Shown here one piece after another: positions 24,529 to 27,399 of a stretch of 27,399 nt of DNA. The position numbers and the translations under genes were made by a program. This stretch comes from an uncultured Eubacteriales bacterium. Its GTDB lineage: Bacteria > Bacillota > Clostridia > RGIG6154. A model generated the notes under the pieces. The model did no database searches, was not told the DNA's origin, and saw only the letters and a program-made list of their open reading frames with translations. Position 1 is the stretch's first letter. Each line of letters opens with the position of its first letter. The DNA lies in NCBI GenBank assembly GCA_964566065.1, contig CAZMHL010000001.1, positions 1 through 27,399 of the forward strand. Direction: 5' to 3'.

Positions 24529-25236
24529 ATGTTTCTTGAAGTAACAAAAAGTCTTTTTGAAGGACTTGCCACAACATTTGAAATTTTTATATTGACACTT
24601 GCTTTCGCACTTCCGCTGGGACTTATAATAAGCTTTGGCTCAATGAGTAAGTTTTCGCCTCTTAAATGGTTGGTAAAAACATTTATCTGGATAATAAGAG
24701 GAACGCCCTTAATGCTTCAGCTTATAATTATTTTCTACGGACCGGGACTTATCGGTACCTGGGCAGAGAAAATGATAAACACGGGAGTTTATTCGGGCGT
24801 AATTATAAACTGGCTTGCAACCTGGAAGGTTTTTGACAGGTTTTTTGCGGTAATGCTTGCCTTTGTAATTAACTACGCCTGCTATTTTTCTGAGATTTAC
24901 AGAGGCGGAATAGAATCCATTCCCAAGGGACAGTATGAAGCAGGTCAGGTTCTGGGTATGACCAAAAGCCAGGTTTTCTTTAAGGTTGTGCTTATGCAGG
25001 TTGTAAAAAGAATCGTACCGCCTATGAGTAATGAAATCATAACTCTGGTAAAGGACACTTCCCTTGCAAGAATTGTTATGGTTTATGAAATCATCTGGAA
25101 CGCACAGAAATTTATCAAGAGCGACGGTATCATCTGGCCGCTGTTCTACACAGGTGTATACTACCTTCTCTTCTGCGGAATACTGACACTTTTGTTCGGA
25201 TACATAGAAAAGAAGCTTGATTATTATAAAGGGTAG
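24529..25236 (+). CDS. Polar amino-acid ABC transporter permease
   Basis: IIRGTPLMLQL, NYACYFSEIYRGGIESIPKGQYEAG.VLG (EAA loop), NE.ITLVKDTSL. Confidence 0.95.
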   Translation: MFLEVTKSLFEGLATTFEIFILTLAFALPLGLIISFGSMSKFSPLKWLVKTFIWIIRGTPLMLQLIIIFYGPGLIGTWAEKMINTGVYSGVIINWLATWKVFDRFFAVMLAFVINYACYFSEIYRGGIESIPKGQYEAGQVLGMTKSQVFFKVVLMQVVKRIVPPMSNEIITLVKDTSLARIVMVYEIIWNAQKFIKSDGIIWPLFYTGVYYLLFCGILTLLFGYIEKKLDYYKG

Positions 25237-25245
25237 GTGCTTGAA

Positions 25246-26028
25246 ATGAATATACTTGAAGTTAAAGATATAAATAAAAGCTTTGGAAGCACCAAAGTCC
25301 TTAAAGGCGTAAGCTTTGAAATGAACGAGGGCGAGGTTGTTTCAATAATCGGCTCCTCGGGAAGCGGAAAAACTACGCTTCTCCGCTGCATCGGCTTTCT
25401 TGAAAAAGCGGATGAGGGAGTGGTAGCTGTAAACGGTAACGTGGTTTTTGATGCGGACAGCAAAAACAAGCTTTCTTCCGAAGAATTAAGAAAAATGCAG
25501 CTTAATTTCGGCTTTGTTTTTCAGTCTTTTAACCTTTTTCCTCAGTACAGCGTGCTTGAAAATGTAACTCTTGCCCCAAAGCTTCTTGCAAAGGAAAGAG
25601 AAGACTTTAAGAAAAATAAAAAGGAAATATATGCAAAAATAGAAGAGGACGCAAAAGAACTTCTTGCACGTTCGGGACTTATTGATAAAATAAATAATTA
25701 CCCCTGTGAGCTTTCCGGCGGACAGCAGCAGAGGGTTGCAATCGCAAGAGCTCTTGCCTTAAAGCCGAAAATTATGCTTTTTGACGAGCCTACCTCCGCC
25801 CTTGACCCCGAGCTTACAAACGAGGTTTTAAAGGTTATAAAATCTCTTGCCGATGAAGATATGACAATGATAATAGTAACTCACGAAATGACCTTTGCAA
25901 AAAACATTTCCGACAGAGTTATATTTATGGAAAACGGTGTTATCGCCGAAGAGGGAACACCGGAAGAAATTTTCGCAAATCCCAAGACAGAGAGATTGAA
26001 GGAGTTTCTTGCTAATGTAAGAATTTAA
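25246..26028 (+). CDS. Polar amino-acid ABC transporter ATP-binding protein (GlnQ-like)
   Basis: [56 protein letters not shown] 25246 is preceded by AGGTG. Confidence 0.95.
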   Translation: MNILEVKDINKSFGSTKVLKGVSFEMNEGEVVSIIGSSGSGKTTLLRCIGFLEKADEGVVAVNGNVVFDADSKNKLSSEELRKMQLNFGFVFQSFNLFPQYSVLENVTLAPKLLAKEREDFKKNKKEIYAKIEEDAKELLARSGLIDKINNYPCELSGGQQQRVAIARALALKPKIMLFDEPTSALDPELTNEVLKVIKSLADEDMTMIIVTHEMTFAKNISDRVIFMENGVIAEEGTPEEIFANPKTERLKEFLANVRI

Positions 26029-26063
26029 AAGAGAATAAAGAATAAATAATAAAGAATAAAAAA

Positions 26064-26103
26064 ATGTACAAACTCCGATGAAAAATCATCGGAGTTTGTA
26101 CAT
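26064..26103. terminator. Perfect 18-bp hairpin between convergent operons
   Basis: ATGTACAAACTCCGATGA-aaaa-TCATCGGAGTTTGTACAT. Confidence 0.75.
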
Positions 26104-26148
26104 ATACTTATTTCGACTTTTTTGCGTTCCGGACTTTTTTAACATCCC

Positions 26149-26934
26149 CTATGCGCCGATTTTTCTGAATTTTTCATAACGTTTATCAAGAAGCTCTTTT
26201 GTGGAGAGCTTTTCTTTTTCTTCAATTTCTTCAAGAATTGTTGTTTTTAACTGAGAACAGATTTCGTCAACAGTTCTGTCGGTTTCATCAATTATTTTTT
26301 CAATTACTTCAAAACCGTAAAGGTCCTCTGCGGTGAGCTTTAAAGCTTCTGCTGCATCAGGTGCTTTTGAGGAGTCTTTCCACAAAATGCTTGCACAACC
26401 TTCCGGGGAAATGACGGAATAAATTGAGTTTTCAAGCATAATAGCTGTGTCGCAAACGCCCAGAGCCAATGCTCCGCCGCTTCCGCCTTCGCCCACAATA
26501 ACGGAAATTACAGGAGTTTTAAGTCCCATCATCTCAAAAAGGTTCTCGGCAATAGCCTCACCCTGACCGCGCTTTTCGGCGTCAATTCCGCAGTACGCAC
26601 CTGAGCTTCCTATAAAGCAGATTACGGGGCGGTTGAACTTTTCGGCTTCTTTCATAAGTCTTAAAGCTTTTCTGTAGCCCTCGGGTGTGGGACAACCGAA
26701 ATGTCTTTTCATTCTCTCTTCAACGGTTGCACCGCGCTCCATAGCAATAACTGTTACAGCCTTGCCGTTGAGATAACCTATTCCGCCGATAATTGCGGCA
26801 TCGTCACCAAAACGTCTGTCGCCGTGAAGCTCAATAAAATTGTCAATTAAACGTTCAATGTAATATCCGCCCATTGGTCTGTCGGAGCTTCTTGCGGTTA
26901 CAACCTTTTCGTAAGCCTTTGTTTTGCCTGTCAT
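26149..26934 (-). CDS. accA: Acetyl-CoA carboxylase carboxyltransferase subunit alpha
   Basis: FIELHGDRRFGDD.AIIGG, PEGYRKALRLM, GQGEAIA.NL, GEGGSGGALAL, YSVISPEGCASILWK. Confidence 0.96.
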   Translation of the reverse strand: MTGKTKAYEKVVTARSSDRPMGGYYIERLIDNFIELHGDRRFGDDAAIIGGIGYLNGKAVTVIAMERGATVEERMKRHFGCPTPEGYRKALRLMKEAEKFNRPVICFIGSSGAYCGIDAEKRGQGEAIAENLFEMMGLKTPVISVIVGEGGSGGALALGVCDTAIMLENSIYSVISPEGCASILWKDSSKAPDAAEALKLTAEDLYGFEVIEKIIDETDRTVDEICSQLKTTILEEIEEKEKLSTKELLDKRYEKFRKIGA

Positions 26935-26935
26935 G

Positions 26936-27399
26936 TTATGCGCTCACCTCTTTTTGATGAATTTTCAGTATATTTGAGATAGTAAATTTAAGTCTTTTTC
27001 TTTCTTCGATTATGTCAATAAACCCGTGCTCGAGGAGAAATTCCGCACGCTGAAAGCCCTTGGGGAGCTTTTCGCCGGTGGTCTGTTCAATAACTCTTGC
27101 ACCTGCAAAGCCTATCAATGCTTTTGGCTCTGCAATAATGATGTCGCCCTGCATCGCAAAACTTGCGGTAATACCGCCTGTTGTTGGGTCTGTGAGAACG
27201 GCTATGTAAAGATTACCGCCGTCGCTGTGTCTTTTAACGGCACCGCTTACCTTTGCCATCTGCATAAGGGATAGAATCCCCTCCTGCATTCTTGCACCGC
27301 CCGAGGTTGTAAAGCCGACAACAGGGAGTTTTTCCTCTGTTGCAGTTTCAAAAAGACGTGTTATTTTTTCTCCAACAACAGTTCCCATGCTGCCCATCA
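26936..27399 (-). CDS. accD: Acetyl-CoA carboxylase carboxyltransferase subunit beta (partial; 5' end outside the window)
   Basis: [63 protein letters not shown]. Confidence 0.95.
   Translation of the reverse strand, partial: MGSMGTVVGEKITRLFETATEEKLPVVGFTTSGGARMQEGILSLMQMAKVSGAVKRHSDGGNLYIAVLTDPTTGGITASFAMQGDIIIAEPKALIGFAGARVIEQTTGEKLPKGFQRAEFLLEHGFIDIIEERKRLKFTISNILKIHQKEVSA

Noticed and set aside
120..26098. Shared AAACTCCG/CGGAGTTT stem in the hairpins at 120-142 and 26064-26103 as a REP family
   Set aside because: Only 8 bp in common, with different loops; both sit in ordinary terminator positions.
26149..26934. Short AccA lacking the N-terminal helical extension as a truncation
   Set aside because: Short AccA immediately after accD is normal in many Firmicutes, and all core motifs are present.
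6..27274. Many short ORFs in the track that overlap larger genes on the opposite strand or in another frame (e.g. 6..344, 4410..4877, 13365..13766, 15887..16261)
   Set aside because: Shadow ORFs of well-supported genes, with no RBS or recognisable motifs.

Overview
AT-rich, gene-dense bacterial chromosomal segment. The sigmaA-type promoters, AddAB, lipoprotein solute-binding proteins and copper-amine-oxidase-N domain suggest a clostridial Firmicute (inference). Left to right: an EamA/DMT transporter; a minus-strand cluster of four exported proteins (sugar-type ABC solute-binding lipoprotein, BspA-type LRR protein, a 1040-aa GH74-like Asp-box beta-propeller with stalk and DNRLRE/CBM96-like domains, and an RCC1-repeat lipoprotein); a divergently transcribed RAYT/Y1-transposase homologue with an intact ORF and a perfect promoter but with its HUH histidines replaced by serines; an alanine/glycine:cation symporter; a ~1.1-kb AT-rich islet (broken RAYT carrying two intragenic GTAG-type REP hairpins, an XRE regulator with twin operators, and a small membrane protein); a long minus-strand housekeeping run (addB, addA, WalK-like kinase, DivIVA-like protein, Lrp/AsnC regulator, aminotransferase, a ~175-nt structured intergenic element, Ppx/GppA, TIGR01212-type radical SAM); a polar amino-acid ABC operon whose binding protein appears circularly permuted; and accA with partial accD. 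No rRNA, tRNA or CRISPR array was recognised. The best leads are the apparently catalytically dead but expressed RAYT, the circularly permuted SBP, the multi-stem intergenic element and the XRE switch islet. All family calls come from motif recognition by eye, not database searches.
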